A stretch of 64,000 bases of DNA from a virus (Duplodnaviria; Caudoviricetes). Below the pieces are notes generated by a model, which did no database searches, had not been told where the DNA came from, and saw only the letters and a program-made list of their open reading frames with translations. Below are positions 40,149 to 50,422 of the stretch, in pieces. The position numbers and the translations under genes were made by a program. Each line of letters starts with the position of its first letter. Position 1 is the stretch's first letter. The stretch spans positions 765 through 64,764 of the IMG/VR virus record IMGVR_UViG_2728369139_000007; one strand, written 5' to 3'.

Positions 40149-41351
40149 TTACAGGTTAATTCCTGCCCATACAGATTTTTTAATTGGTTGTTGCCCTGGT
40201 GTATATTCTTCATCTGGATCTAAACTTTTACGAATAGAAGCAGCATTTTCGATATTTTCAACTCGTTTTGCAATTGGATCAATTGCTTTTTGGATAATAT
40301 CCGCAATTTTTTCTTCGGCAGTTTGCTCTTCTGGTTTCGGTTCTACTTCTTCAACATTCACTTGTTTTTCAATCTTTTCTAGCTTAGTAGCTAGTGGCTC
40401 TACTGCTTGTTTAACAATCTCTGCAATATCTTCTGCTTTCATTTCCTCTTCCTCCTGTGGTGCAGCAGCTTCTTTTATTTCACTAATTAAAGCTAATGCT
40501 TCATCTAATTTCGCATGATTCTTTTGGGATAATACTTTTCCAGCTTTTTTAATATTTTCTAATACAATGCTCTCTGCTTGTACACTATCTTCTGATTTTG
40601 CAATAGTATAACCACCTTTAATAGAAGAAAGAATTTCCTTCATATCATCAAGAGCAGTTGTCATTCGGTCAATATCGGGATTGTTTTCCCAAATCTCCCA
40701 ATAGAACACATCTTCGAATAAATTAAAAACGGCACGTAAATCACGATTCTGTCTTTCATCTACGAACCGATCTTTTACTTCACCTTTTTTAATTTCGTGT
40801 TTCTCACCTTTGAAGAAACCAACCATTTTACGAATAATACCTTTCTCTTCATGAGTAAGATCATCTGCTTTCGCAATTTCTACACGTTCGCCAAATCCTC
40901 CCATTGAAAAGCCAGTAACTTCACCTTTTTTAATTTCTTCCCAGGTGTCTGTATCATCAACACGAACAGTCATAAGCCATGTTCCAGCCTTTACTTCTTG
41001 TTCGCCTACTGTCATATCACTTTTAGCAATCCAGTTTTCAACAACTGTCCCTTTACCAGCAATTTCATCGTGTTGTTTATCGATGTGTTGGTAATTTTCC
41101 ATAAAGGTATATGCAGCTTTTTCAATTTCCTCTGCGGTCATTGTATCTCCATGTGAATCTTCTACATCTGGTTCATATACAACGCCTGTAACAAGCTGCT
41201 TCTCTTCCTCTGTTTTAAGGATTGGAACTTGCTTTGATATATTTGGTTGTTTAGCAGATTCGCTTTTCATAATGGCAAATTGACGACCGTTAGCGCCCTT
41301 TGTAACCAATGAAATGTAACTAATATTGGCGTTTTTTAGTTCGTAACCCAT
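40149..41351 (-). CDS. XkdF-like prohead serine protease/scaffold
   Basis: ISLVTKGAN, DSHGD, IDKQH, TGFSMGG. Confidence 0.88.
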   Translation of the reverse strand: MGYELKNANISYISLVTKGANGRQFAIMKSESAKQPNISKQVPILKTEEEKQLVTGVVYEPDVEDSHGDTMTAEEIEKAAYTFMENYQHIDKQHDEIAGKGTVVENWIAKSDMTVGEQEVKAGTWLMTVRVDDTDTWEEIKKGEVTGFSMGGFGERVEIAKADDLTHEEKGIIRKMVGFFKGEKHEIKKGEVKDRFVDERQNRDLRAVFNLFEDVFYWEIWENNPDIDRMTTALDDMKEILSSIKGGYTIAKSEDSVQAESIVLENIKKAGKVLSQKNHAKLDEALALISEIKEAAAPQEEEEMKAEDIAEIVKQAVEPLATKLEKIEKQVNVEEVEPKPEEQTAEEKIADIIQKAIDPIAKRVENIENAASIRKSLDPDEEYTPGQQPIKKSVWAGINL

Positions 41352-41464
41352 CGTTTTACCTCCTTCCCTATAAATATTGGGGTTCCACTGTCAAAACGCA
41401 TAGCAGCCAATTTAAAGCCGTATACGTTTTGACGATGAAACCCCAATCAAATAGGTGTATTTTA

Positions 41465-41983
41465 TTACTCTTCTGAAATCATAGTGCAGCGGCAATGAGG
41501 ATGCGCTGGTGGACACATCTTTCCATTACTAAATAGATCATCAATATCTACCGTTTCCCCATGTAAACCGCCACATTCTTTACAAACACGCTCATCATTT
41601 CCTGTAAGCCATGTTTTCTTATTTCTATTTGCACCCTTATAAGCGATTAAATTGCCGTAATTCATTGCATATGTTGTTTCTGTACGTGCAATCATCATTG
41701 CCCTGTAGTTACTTGCTTCTGACATTACATCTGCAATAGAAACACTTAACGCATCGACACCCATTCCCTCACTAAGATTCTTTAACATTGTTTCTCTTAA
41801 TCTATCTTTAGTAGTTTCATGGATTCCTTTTGCTAATTCAAAAGCATAAGCAGCTACCCATTTTGCAGCAACGTCACCAATTGGATCTAATACCATCCAA
41901 GTTAAACCGTTTGATGCAATGGCACTTTGTACAAATTCTGTTACATCATCCTGCAGCGTGTCTGTAACTTCATCAACAAACAT
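41465..41983 (-). CDS. MuF/SPP1 gp7-like minor head protein (frame open upstream to ~42127)
   Basis: IARTETT...CPPAHPHCRC. Confidence 0.85.
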   Translation of the reverse strand: MFVDEVTDTLQDDVTEFVQSAIASNGLTWMVLDPIGDVAAKWVAAYAFELAKGIHETTKDRLRETMLKNLSEGMGVDALSVSIADVMSEASNYRAMMIARTETTYAMNYGNLIAYKGANRNKKTWLTGNDERVCKECGGLHGETVDIDDLFSNGKMCPPAHPHCRCTMISEE

Positions 41984-42096
41984 TTGTCGTTCTTCATCCC
42001 AATCGACACTATCAAGAAATTCATCAACTTCTGCTTCTGCAATTACAAGATCAATCTCTTCATCTGCTTTCTTTATAGGAATTACGGGAAGCAGGT

Positions 42097-43575
42097 TTAG
42101 GAGCCTATTTCCCTGTCCGGAAAAAAATCAGCTACCTTCTTTTGCATAACCTTCTCTACCTCTTCATGCTTTTCCCTAAATGTATTAATAGCAATTATGT
42201 TCTCTTGCTCATTGTCTGCAGATTTTGCAATAGGTTCGAATTGAGAAGCAGCCGTTCCACCTTCAAAGAATGTATCCCCATCTGCTACTGGTTCATAGCC
42301 TACTACTTTACGGGATTCATTACGTGTTAATATACGTTTTTCATAACCATCAGCTGCATATTGCATATCAGCTTCACGATCATCCGTATCAATTTCGTTT
42401 AATTTGAAATACCAATCTAAACCGCCTAGTATTTCAGCAAATACACGGAACAATTGATTATTCAATCGATGTTCTAAGATTTCTTGGCCAGGCTCAATAA
42501 TAGAACGTTTGTACATCTCGTTCATTTCTTTAGCAGTTGTTTGCCCTAATGAACCTGTCATAGCCCAACCGATACGATAAGGCGGTACACGGTGCGCTAC
42601 GCATATTTCCATTGCGCTATCCTGCTTATATAAACGGAAACTACCTTCTTTTACATCCGGGCTAACTTTTTCTAATCTAGCTTTTGCTCCTGGCGGTACA
42701 GGAACAACGGCTAGCTTATGATGCTCTCCCTTTGTTTCTGCAGAGAAGAACGCTTTTAATTCATCTTCCGTTCCTTGATCTATTTCATCGACTCCCTCAA
42801 GGAATAGCAGAGCATCCGGAATTGTCTTTCCTGTAAAAAAGTTAATATTATAATCTCTCACTGCTTGAGAGCCTACTATTGAACCGATAGAACTAACGTA
42901 ATTAGGTATTCCATAATAAGAAGAACGAGAACCGAATTTACGAATAACAATTACTTCTCCGGCTTTTTCTGTTCCGTTTTCTGCAATATCCTTCTCACCT
43001 AAAGGACGACCATCCACAAGACTATAATTATCTGGATAACCGAACTTTTTAAACCATCGTTCTTTGTTATTTACAATTTGTGCAAAGCGTACTTTATCTT
43101 TATGAGCACGAACCGTTTGAGCTGGAATGTGATATAGTTCCGATGGTTCACCTTTGTTATTACGAACAACTTCAATAATGCCCCAGCCAACTGTTTCGTA
43201 ATCGTCCCATACAGCCCTTATAATTTCGGAACTCGTCATTTCTGGATTACAATTCCGCATGAATTCCTTTAACTTTTTATATTGCTCCTGGTTTGCTGCT
43301 TCTTTCACTTCTTCAAAAGGAGCAAAGTCGAAACCGACGCCTGCAATATCATCTACTTTTGCACTAATACAAGCAGAATGAATAGGATTACTTTCCTTTA
43401 TTTCCAGTAATGCCGCCATATCATAAGGTGGTTTAACTAATCCCTTATCACCATATATTTGCGCGAATGGATCAACAGTCATTTGTTTGCTGTGGTCTTC
43501 CTTATTTTTCGGATCGTCTGCAGCTTTGTTAATTCCGAATACTTTTACATTCTTTATGGTTTTCTTGTCGCTCAT
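42097..43575 (-). CDS. Portal protein (PBSX/XkdE-like)
   Basis: LVKPPYD, YYGIP, AHRVPPYRIG; follows TerL. Confidence 0.9.
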   Translation of the reverse strand: MSDKKTIKNVKVFGINKAADDPKNKEDHSKQMTVDPFAQIYGDKGLVKPPYDMAALLEIKESNPIHSACISAKVDDIAGVGFDFAPFEEVKEAANQEQYKKLKEFMRNCNPEMTSSEIIRAVWDDYETVGWGIIEVVRNNKGEPSELYHIPAQTVRAHKDKVRFAQIVNNKERWFKKFGYPDNYSLVDGRPLGEKDIAENGTEKAGEVIVIRKFGSRSSYYGIPNYVSSIGSIVGSQAVRDYNINFFTGKTIPDALLFLEGVDEIDQGTEDELKAFFSAETKGEHHKLAVVPVPPGAKARLEKVSPDVKEGSFRLYKQDSAMEICVAHRVPPYRIGWAMTGSLGQTTAKEMNEMYKRSIIEPGQEILEHRLNNQLFRVFAEILGGLDWYFKLNEIDTDDREADMQYAADGYEKRILTRNESRKVVGYEPVADGDTFFEGGTAASQFEPIAKSADNEQENIIAINTFREKHEEVEKVMQKKVADFFPDREIGS

Positions 43576-43644
43576 AACGTTTGTATGTCCTCCTTTCTTC
43601 TATTAATAAAGAGCAAAAGAAATAGCCGAACAATTAATGTCCGA

Positions 43645-44922
43645 CTACACTCTTTTAACCTTTCCACCCATAACTACTTTACGTTTACTCATATCGTCCT
43701 CACATGCGTAACGGGTCATATCGATACTATGATTATCTTTATCTTGTAATCTATTTTTCGGATTACCGTCTTTATCAACTTCATAATCAATATTTTCAAA
43801 TTCACCTGCAGTTTTCGGACAACGTTCGGGGTCGATTATAATTTCTTCTAAATCATCTAACCATTTTTCCCCGTATTCAACAGAACCAGGACCTTTAACT
43901 GCTCCCTTGATTCTCTTAATACCATGATCGTTTTTCATTTCATCAATTGATTTTGGTTCCGATGAATCCGCAATTATTTCTACATCATCCCAGCCAAGCT
44001 GCTTAATCTTTTCAGCTAACGAACGGTTACTAATTTTAACGCCATGTATTTCACCGAATATATAAAGCTTTCTTCGTGTTTTATCATAATGCATACGACC
44101 AAAAGACAGCGCATCATTCCCATAACCCCAATCAATCCCTTGACGTATATTATCAAATGTTTTAATTTCTTCATCTGTAATACGTCTGAATGTGAGGTTA
44201 CTAAATGGAACAACACCGCTGCCTGTCGGTTTCCCTTCATATTCATGTTCATATTGCTGTGGTTTCAGCCTTTTTGTTTCTTCTGCTTCTTCCACGAATT
44301 GTTTAGAAATATGAGGATTATCATGATATGTACTATGATGTACAAATGTATTTTTCGGTTTGAATTGCGTTTCAAACTTCTTATTAACCCATGACTGCTT
44401 TCTCTTCGGTGGGTTATAAGAATAATACATTTTATATCGTAATCCATTCGGTAATTCTTTACGCAAAATAGATTTCTCAATAGTAGAAACATCTTCTTCT
44501 AATTTAAATTCGGCCAATTCTTCAAACCATGCAATAGCAACTGGATACTTTGCTATTTTAATAGATTTGATTTTTGCAGGATCATCAGCACCACGGAATA
44601 TAATTTTGTTTCCGCGCGGTTTATAAATGATTTCCATCGGGCTTTCTTTAAAACGAAATAAATGCTCTACACCTAAGATCTCTATTGCTTCTTTTATTTG
44701 CTCATAGCAGGATTCTCTTATTGTATCCTTTACTTTTCGTATACAAAGAACCGTAATAGGGAACTGTATAAGGTCCATAACGATACAAATGGATATATCA
44801 GTAGATTTACCCGAACCACGACCGCCCTTACAAACAATTTTTAATATTGATTCGCATTTACGGGCTAACCAAACTTGATGAAATGCCGGTGGAAGTATTT
44901 CATCGATTTGTTTTTTAGACAT
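43645..44922 (-). CDS. terL: Terminase large subunit (PBSX family)
   Basis: GGRGSGKS Walker A, WFEE, SYNPP, GIDWG, DNHSIDMTRY. Confidence 0.95.
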   Translation of the reverse strand: MSKKQIDEILPPAFHQVWLARKCESILKIVCKGGRGSGKSTDISICIVMDLIQFPITVLCIRKVKDTIRESCYEQIKEAIEILGVEHLFRFKESPMEIIYKPRGNKIIFRGADDPAKIKSIKIAKYPVAIAWFEELAEFKLEEDVSTIEKSILRKELPNGLRYKMYYSYNPPKRKQSWVNKKFETQFKPKNTFVHHSTYHDNPHISKQFVEEAEETKRLKPQQYEHEYEGKPTGSGVVPFSNLTFRRITDEEIKTFDNIRQGIDWGYGNDALSFGRMHYDKTRRKLYIFGEIHGVKISNRSLAEKIKQLGWDDVEIIADSSEPKSIDEMKNDHGIKRIKGAVKGPGSVEYGEKWLDDLEEIIIDPERCPKTAGEFENIDYEVDKDGNPKNRLQDKDNHSIDMTRYACEDDMSKRKVVMGGKVKRV

Positions 44923-45742
44923 TTAAATCACCACTGATATTATCAACAATGACAACCGGCTCAATATTATTATCATCATTATTAGTAGTAGATTTAATCT
45001 TATCGATTTGAACCTGTATAAATTCAAGTTTAGCGCGCCGCTCATCATCTATATTAGCTAACCTATCAAAATCTTTAATAAGAGCAGACAAAGTAGAAAG
45101 CGCCTTAGATTGAGCATTTAAGAAACTTGCCTGTTTATCCCAAGCAAATTGAATTTCCCACTCTTCTTCAAATCCGCTTTCACTAAGCTTTTTCTTTCGC
45201 AGTTCCTTTGTCATGTCCTCTTTATTATTAACGAACATAATACGTTGAGCATGAATGATTTGAGCGTGCTGCAGCATTATACTTTCCCATAAAATCGATA
45301 ACGGGTCATTGTTAATGGCTTCCTCAAGTTCTTCTTTTAAATCATATAATTCTTGTGGTAAGTACTTTCTATATAAACCATGAGTAGCAGCATTACCATT
45401 TCGCAATGGAGCAGATCCTCCGGGATTACCAACAGCATTTTTATTACCCTTTTTGGCTCCACCACGATTGTTTACAGCATTCTTATTACCTTTGGGTGCT
45501 CCTGGTTTCTTTTTGGAGTACTCCGTATCTTTCTTTGGAGTACTCCGTTCATTTTTATGGAGTACTCCATTTAATTTGTCTATCCATCCATCTTTGGATT
45601 TCCATCCTCCAACCGTTTTTTCACTTACAGTTTTTCCGGATGTAGACAACAATTCGGAAATTTTACGATTCGTAATATCACCGTTATGTTCTTTAAATAT
45701 TTCATATGCTTTGTTACGGTCTGGACTTCGTTGTCTGGCCAT
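44915..45742 (-). CDS. terS: Terminase small subunit
   Basis: MARQRSPDR HTH; GAPKGNKNA repeats; HGLY. Confidence 0.9.
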   Translation of the reverse strand: MARQRSPDRNKAYEIFKEHNGDITNRKISELLSTSGKTVSEKTVGGWKSKDGWIDKLNGVLHKNERSTPKKDTEYSKKKPGAPKGNKNAVNNRGGAKKGNKNAVGNPGGSAPLRNGNAATHGLYRKYLPQELYDLKEELEEAINNDPLSILWESIMLQHAQIIHAQRIMFVNNKEDMTKELRKKKLSESGFEEEWEIQFAWDKQASFLNAQSKALSTLSALIKDFDRLANIDDERRAKLEFIQVQIDKIKSTTNNDDNNIEPVVIVDNISGDLNV

Positions 45743-45763
45743 AATTACATAACACCTGCCCCC

Positions 45764-45943
45764 TTATCCAATTGCTTGCACTTCTTTCTCTAAACACTCA
45801 ATGCATATATGAGAATTATCCGTATTCGCTTCGCGGATATATGTTTTATCGAAATGAGTAATAGTTAATGGCATTTTTAATGTCCACATGCACGGCTCAT
45901 TACAAACAGAGCATGTAGGAACGTTTATATTTTCTTCTTCCAT
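45764..45943 (-). CDS. Small Zn-finger protein, 59 aa (CSVC...CIEC), not in ORF track
   Basis: Translated by hand; GAGGTG RBS. Confidence 0.65.
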   Translation of the reverse strand: MEEENINVPTCSVCNEPCMWTLKMPLTITHFDKTYIREANTDNSHICIECLEKEVQAIG

Positions 45944-45975
45944 TTACACCACCTCACGGTAAACCCTTAAATTAT

Positions 45976-46239
45976 TTAGCATGGTATTACCGCAATAGAC
46001 TCTTGCGTTGTATCTTCAGATTCTAAGTAAACATTAAGTCTATTCCAGTATGTATCTCCATAATCGCAATAGTCCGATTTCGCTTCCTCTTTAAAGTGCT
46101 TTTCTGCTATTTTTCTTGCTCTCCATTCATTCTCTGCAATGACACATATCTCACTAGCACCAATCCAACCGTTATTAATATGATATAGCTTCATCTTTTT
46201 TTGTTTATATCTTTTCTTTGGCATAAACAGCACCTCCAA
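45976..46239 (-). CDS. Hypothetical protein
   Basis: GGAGGTG RBS before MPKKRY. Confidence 0.6.
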   Translation of the reverse strand: MEVLFMPKKRYKQKKMKLYHINNGWIGASEICVIAENEWRARKIAEKHFKEEAKSDYCDYGDTYWNRLNVYLESEDTTQESIAVIPC

Positions 46240-46273
46240 ACAAAATAAAAAAGCAGCGAATTCGCTACTTTAA

Positions 46274-46687
46274 TCATTCATTATTTAACTCTAGTTCTTC
46301 TTCAAATGAAGCTTGCTGCAAGTTTCGTTTTATTTGCAATCCTTGATTTATTAACTCTTTAACTTCTTTTCCTAATAAGAAGTCAACTGTTTGACTATTT
46401 AACATTTCCCATACGCCTATTAATTCTGTATGTTTAGGTGTACTCATGAAATATTCAGTTGATTTAACCCCTTCAAAATGCCTATGATATTCCCTATGAC
46501 ATTCACCACACAACGGAATTAGATTATCAATATCATTTGTTCCACCTAGGTTTAGCGCTGTTTTATGATGCAAATGAATATCTACAGTGGAGCAACATCT
46601 TTCACATATTTTGTGATTACCTTCTTGTTTCCAATACAATTGACTTATATTACGAAATTCCTGGCGAAGTTCATCATATGTCTTCAT
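46274..46687 (-). CDS. HNH endonuclease
   Basis: CERC...HLHH...GGTNDIDNLIPLCGECH. Confidence 0.88.
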   Translation of the reverse strand: MKTYDELRQEFRNISQLYWKQEGNHKICERCCSTVDIHLHHKTALNLGGTNDIDNLIPLCGECHREYHRHFEGVKSTEYFMSTPKHTELIGVWEMLNSQTVDFLLGKEVKELINQGLQIKRNLQQASFEEELELNNE

Positions 46688-47262
46688 TATAGATTCTCCT
46701 CTTTATATTCTTTAGCCTTAGCATAAATAGTAGAACGTGGAACACCGGTCATTTTAGATATATCGTTTACACTCAATCCATTTGCTTTCCTATTAAAATA
46801 AAGATTTAAAGATTTTTTTACCTGTTTTTCATCCTGTCCTTTACGACCCATATGTTTACCTTGCGCTTTTGCTCTTTCTCGGCCTTCTGACGTTCTTTCG
46901 TTAATTAAATCTCTTTCAAATTCAGCAATTGCACCTAACATCGTGAACATTAATTTACCTGCAGGTGTAGAAAAATCAATTTGTTCTTTTATAAATACAA
47001 TTGAGATTTCTTTTGCGTCTAACTCTCGCACGATTTTATGTAAATCAAAAGTAGAACGAGCCAAACGATCAATTTTATAAACAACCAATTTGTCACCAGC
47101 ACGCAAATAATCTATTGCATTACTCAACTCTTCACGATCACTTTTCGCTCCACTTTGTTTTTCAGTAAAAATCTTTTCACATCCGTATTCTTTCAATTTA
47201 TCAATTTGCAGTCCTAAATCTTGATCTTTTGTACTTACCCTCGCATATCCAATTAATGACAC
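46687..47262 (-). CDS. Small serine recombinase (resolvase/invertase)
   Basis: GYARVST, DRLARS, AEFERDLINERT, C-terminal HTH. Confidence 0.93.
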   Translation of the reverse strand: MSLIGYARVSTKDQDLGLQIDKLKEYGCEKIFTEKQSGAKSDREELSNAIDYLRAGDKLVVYKIDRLARSTFDLHKIVRELDAKEISIVFIKEQIDFSTPAGKLMFTMLGAIAEFERDLINERTSEGRERAKAQGKHMGRKGQDEKQVKKSLNLYFNRKANGLSVNDISKMTGVPRSTIYAKAKEYKEENL

Positions 47263-47278
47263 AAAAACATCCCCTTAC

Positions 47279-47404
47279 CATCTAAAAGTCTTATATCTTT
47301 TGTACTTTTAATTCTAGACTAACTTTTAGACAATAACAAGCACTGTTTTTAATAAAATTCATTATCTAAATTAAAGTGTCTAGATGTTTCAACTTTTAGA
47401 CACT
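47279..47404. promoter_or_regulatory. res-like site upstream of the resolvase
   Basis: aacttttagaca at 47321 and 47391; inverted tctaaaagt at 47281; imperfect palindrome agtgtctagatgtt-tc-aacttttagacact at 47375-47404. Confidence 0.65.
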
Positions 47405-47408
47405 ATTT

Positions 47409-47648
47409 TCATTTACAATATTTGGTTTGTGTTGAGTTTGTTTCGTTTTTACATGAACACTTGAACCACTCTTCAAACCGCTCTCTATTTATCACCCAGG
47501 TTCCACCAATCTTTTTAGATTCAATAGCACCTGCTGCACATAAGTTCTTTATATGACCAGGAGAAAGACCGCTAATCACATGAGCTTCTTTAACACCAAT
47601 TACCTTATCTAATACTTCTGCTACCGAATTTTCTATTGATTTAATCAT
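47409..47648 (-). CDS. HTH_17-type small DNA-binding protein
   Basis: IGVKEAHVISGLSPGHIKNLC...KKIGGTWVI. Confidence 0.75.
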   Translation of the reverse strand: MIKSIENSVAEVLDKVIGVKEAHVISGLSPGHIKNLCAAGAIESKKIGGTWVINRERFEEWFKCSCKNETNSTQTKYCK

Positions 47649-47854
47649 TGAATTACTTTAAAACACTCATGCACAGTTAAATTTCCAAATTGATCATATT
47701 CAGCTGCTACTGTTTCACCACAAATGAATTCCCATGTATCATTATTTAAATTAACATCATATTGTTCACCTTCACGGAATTCTTGTAACACCTTACCTGT
47801 ATTGTCACTAACGATAAAGTCTTCAGTTACTTCTACTTTAATTTTATCCTTCAT
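47645..47854 (-). CDS. Hypothetical protein
   Basis: 69 aa, AGGAGG RBS. Confidence 0.65.
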   Translation of the reverse strand: MKDKIKVEVTEDFIVSDNTGKVLQEFREGEQYDVNLNNDTWEFICGETVAAEYDQFGNLTVHECFKVIQ

Positions 47855-48338
47855 CTGCTATCATCCTCCTATTCAAATATCCATTGCATTCAAATTCACG
47901 TTTAATGTGTAATTTCTATATAACAAAGAAAAAAGCACCCATTATGGATACTTTAACTTCTCCATATGTTCTTTTACTCTTCTCATAGCCACCGCACTCT
48001 TACATTTTTTAATTTGACTACGCGCCTTGCGTCAGTGGCTATGAGAGAAGCAAAAGTTCTCCCAGGAATTTTTTAATTTTATATCGGGACATCTTTCCGT
48101 ACCCCTTTAAATTGACACCCTAAAGGTAGGCAGGTATCAACTTAAAGGAGAACAGAAGCTCTCCTCCGTTTAGACCGTTTAAATTAATGAAGTTTTGAAG
48201 ACTATTTCAATTACGATTGAAATCAGAACAACATACAGTAAGGCTCGTAACCTCTTACTTGTATGCAACTTAAACTATCTCGCGAATAAGGAAGAGCAAC
48301 GCTATAGGTTCACTCAATCAGGGGTACAGACCGCAAAA

Positions 48339-48630
48339 CGGAAAAAAACCACGTTAAGCAAATTTCAACATAAAAACGAGTACTTTTAACAGCGTTAAGG
48401 AAAACTTTAGTTACCAAAAACCATAATTTTTGTAATTTATTCAATCTTGGTTAAGGTTCTTGATAGCAAAGAGGTAGTCTTTTACCAAAAGTAATTACCA
48501 AAATGATTGCCATAAACCTTTTCCAAAAGTATACGTTACACTTTTCAGCATAGATGTTTCTTTCTCCCCTTGTATTGTCCTTAAATCAGGGGAACATTAA
48601 CCGAAAAATTCTTAACGTGGTTTTTTTCCG
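48339..48630. repeat. Perfect 20-bp inverted repeat in the late-operon leader
   Basis: cggaaaaaaaccacgttaag (48339-48358) and cttaacgtggtttttttccg (48611-48630). Confidence 0.85.
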
Positions 48631-48737
48631 AAATGCTGGCGGTACCCCAATCACTTATCTGCAGTAACTGGTTTCGGCTGTTCATATATAGGTGGCTTTT
48701 TGACGACAAATTTCGACATTTTTTAAACAGAAGAATA

Positions 48738-49238
48738 CTAACATATACAAAATAAACTTCCACTTAATCGCTCACCAATCTTTCTATCTGCTCTTTTTAA
48801 ATATTCTTGAACAGTAGTTCTTTTCACATTCAAATAATTGGAAATTTTATCCTGTGTAAATCCATACCCTCTAGACATTACATATATTTCCTTTTCCCTT
48901 TCAGTCAATGTTGATAATGCATCTTCCAGTTGTATACGATCCCATTCAGAAATAACACTCTCTTTTGCTTCCGTATCCCATTCATATATCGGCATTTCAG
49001 TACTACGTGTATATCTTTGCATTAATAACGGGTCACATGGTCTTTCTCGCTGATATGCAGCCCTACGTTCAATCCCTCTTTTTTTACCTGGCTGTTTAGC
49101 AGTACGCATCCATTCCAGGGCATAATTAATATCGCTAATCATTCCATTAATAATACTTATATCCTTTTCTGTTGCGCCCACCTTAGATGCTTCTAATCGC
49201 TTTCTTGTTTCGGTATACTGCTTCATTAAATCTTTCAT
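48738..49238 (-). CDS. Xpf-like sigma-70 region-4 late-gene positive control factor
   Basis: EWMRTAKQPGKKRGIERRAAYQRE; LTEREKEIY...TTVQEYLKRA. Confidence 0.82.
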   Translation of the reverse strand: MKDLMKQYTETRKRLEASKVGATEKDISIINGMISDINYALEWMRTAKQPGKKRGIERRAAYQRERPCDPLLMQRYTRSTEMPIYEWDTEAKESVISEWDRIQLEDALSTLTEREKEIYVMSRGYGFTQDKISNYLNVKRTTVQEYLKRADRKIGERLSGSLFCIC

Positions 49239-49385
49239 AAGCCAGGTTCCTCCTTTTATATAAAAAGAGGACGCTGAATTATATATAGGAAGAAATGCTT
49301 TCCTATGCATAATCAACGCCCTCTAAATGCGGACTATTACTATCATTATTTTTTATTTATCCTTTTAATACGGTATGTGAAATTT

Positions 49386-49742
49386 TTATCTTAGATTTCG
49401 CTTTTTCAATTGCTCACTGATATAACTCGGATCTCGTATACCAAGCTTCTTTGCTATCTGCACCTTTGTCATTCCACTTTCTAGCATTATTAATGTTTTC
49501 TCACATAATACATCCCATTCTGCTTTCGTTCTCCTTTTCGGCTTATCACCTACATAGGTTCCTCCTAATGCAGTACCTAATTTATTTATCTGTTTACCTA
49601 TATCACAATTATGTAAACAATGACTTGGTTTGTATTGATACTCACATCTATTACAATGATGGTCCTGTAAATCTATTATCTTTATGCGTACGGTTTTATT
49701 ATTAATACTATTCGTTTGTTCCATCAGCTGCAGATTGGCCAT
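49386..49742 (-). CDS. Zn-finger plus HTH protein
   Basis: CNRC...HCLHNCDIG; C-terminal HTH. Confidence 0.7.
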   Translation of the reverse strand: MANLQLMEQTNSINNKTVRIKIIDLQDHHCNRCEYQYKPSHCLHNCDIGKQINKLGTALGGTYVGDKPKRRTKAEWDVLCEKTLIMLESGMTKVQIAKKLGIRDPSYISEQLKKRNLR

Positions 49743-50254
49743 TCTAATTTATCGACATGTACCAGGTAATCTACAAGAGCACGATCAGTTCTTTCTACTA
49801 CATACGCATGTTTCTCAAATTCTTCCCTCGGAATTGATTTACGGGCACCATCGTATAACATAGCTTCATAGTATTCTGCTACTAATGAAACCGGAACAAA
49901 ATAGATAATCTGATCTTCTCTGAATTCTATTAAAAAGAAACAAATAGCTCCTTGCTCTTGCGTATCTTTTAAATAGTCGATTTGATGTCTACCTATATTA
50001 TCTAATGGAAATCTCGTTGTTTCTTTTGTGGATTTTGCTTCAAAGTAAACTGCTCTTCCCTTATATACACCATCGTAATCTACTGTAGATTTACTTTCCC
50101 ATGCGCTTTTTGTTATTTCACCTTTTTTATTCGTTTTTATAACTTTTACTGGTGTTGGACGCTTATTAAATATCCCTACATTCGCTGATTTATACATACG
50201 GCATGTAATATTTAATAAAAGCTCAAATGCCATTCCTCTATTTGCGTACCCCAT
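49724..50254 (-). CDS. recU: RecU Holliday junction resolvase
   Basis: NRGMAFE, KRPTP, STVDYDGVYKG..FEAK. Confidence 0.92.
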   Translation of the reverse strand: MGYANRGMAFELLLNITCRMYKSANVGIFNKRPTPVKVIKTNKKGEITKSAWESKSTVDYDGVYKGRAVYFEAKSTKETTRFPLDNIGRHQIDYLKDTQEQGAICFFLIEFREDQIIYFVPVSLVAEYYEAMLYDGARKSIPREEFEKHAYVVERTDRALVDYLVHVDKLEWPICS

Positions 50255-50270
50255 GCTGCTCCCTCTCTTT

Positions 50271-50393
50271 CTATTTAATAACTCCACGTTTTACAAATAT
50301 ATTTCGCCACGCTGCATCTACCCTTTGTTTCTCAAATTGTTTAGCGCGACGATTAATATATTTTTTGATTTTTTGTTTCTTACGATTTGCCAT
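50271..50393 (-). CDS. Small basic protein, 40 aa (MANRKKQKIKK...AWRNIFVKRGVIK), not in ORF track
   Basis: Translated by hand. Confidence 0.65.
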   Translation of the reverse strand: MANRKKQKIKKYINRRAKQFEKQRVDAAWRNIFVKRGVIK

Positions 50394-50422
50394 TCTCTTA
50401 ATCTCACTTTCTATTCAAAGAA

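Noticed and set aside
23277-45752. Numerous + strand ORFs within the virion module (e.g. 27345..27917, 34123..34788, 39512..39979)
   Set aside because: Antisense shadows of well-supported minus-strand structural genes, without RBS or recognisable motifs.
47880-48735. tRNA genes or ORFs 48195..48389 and 48581..48763 in the late leader
   Set aside because: No cloverleaf or T-loop motif recognised by eye; the ORFs lack RBSs.
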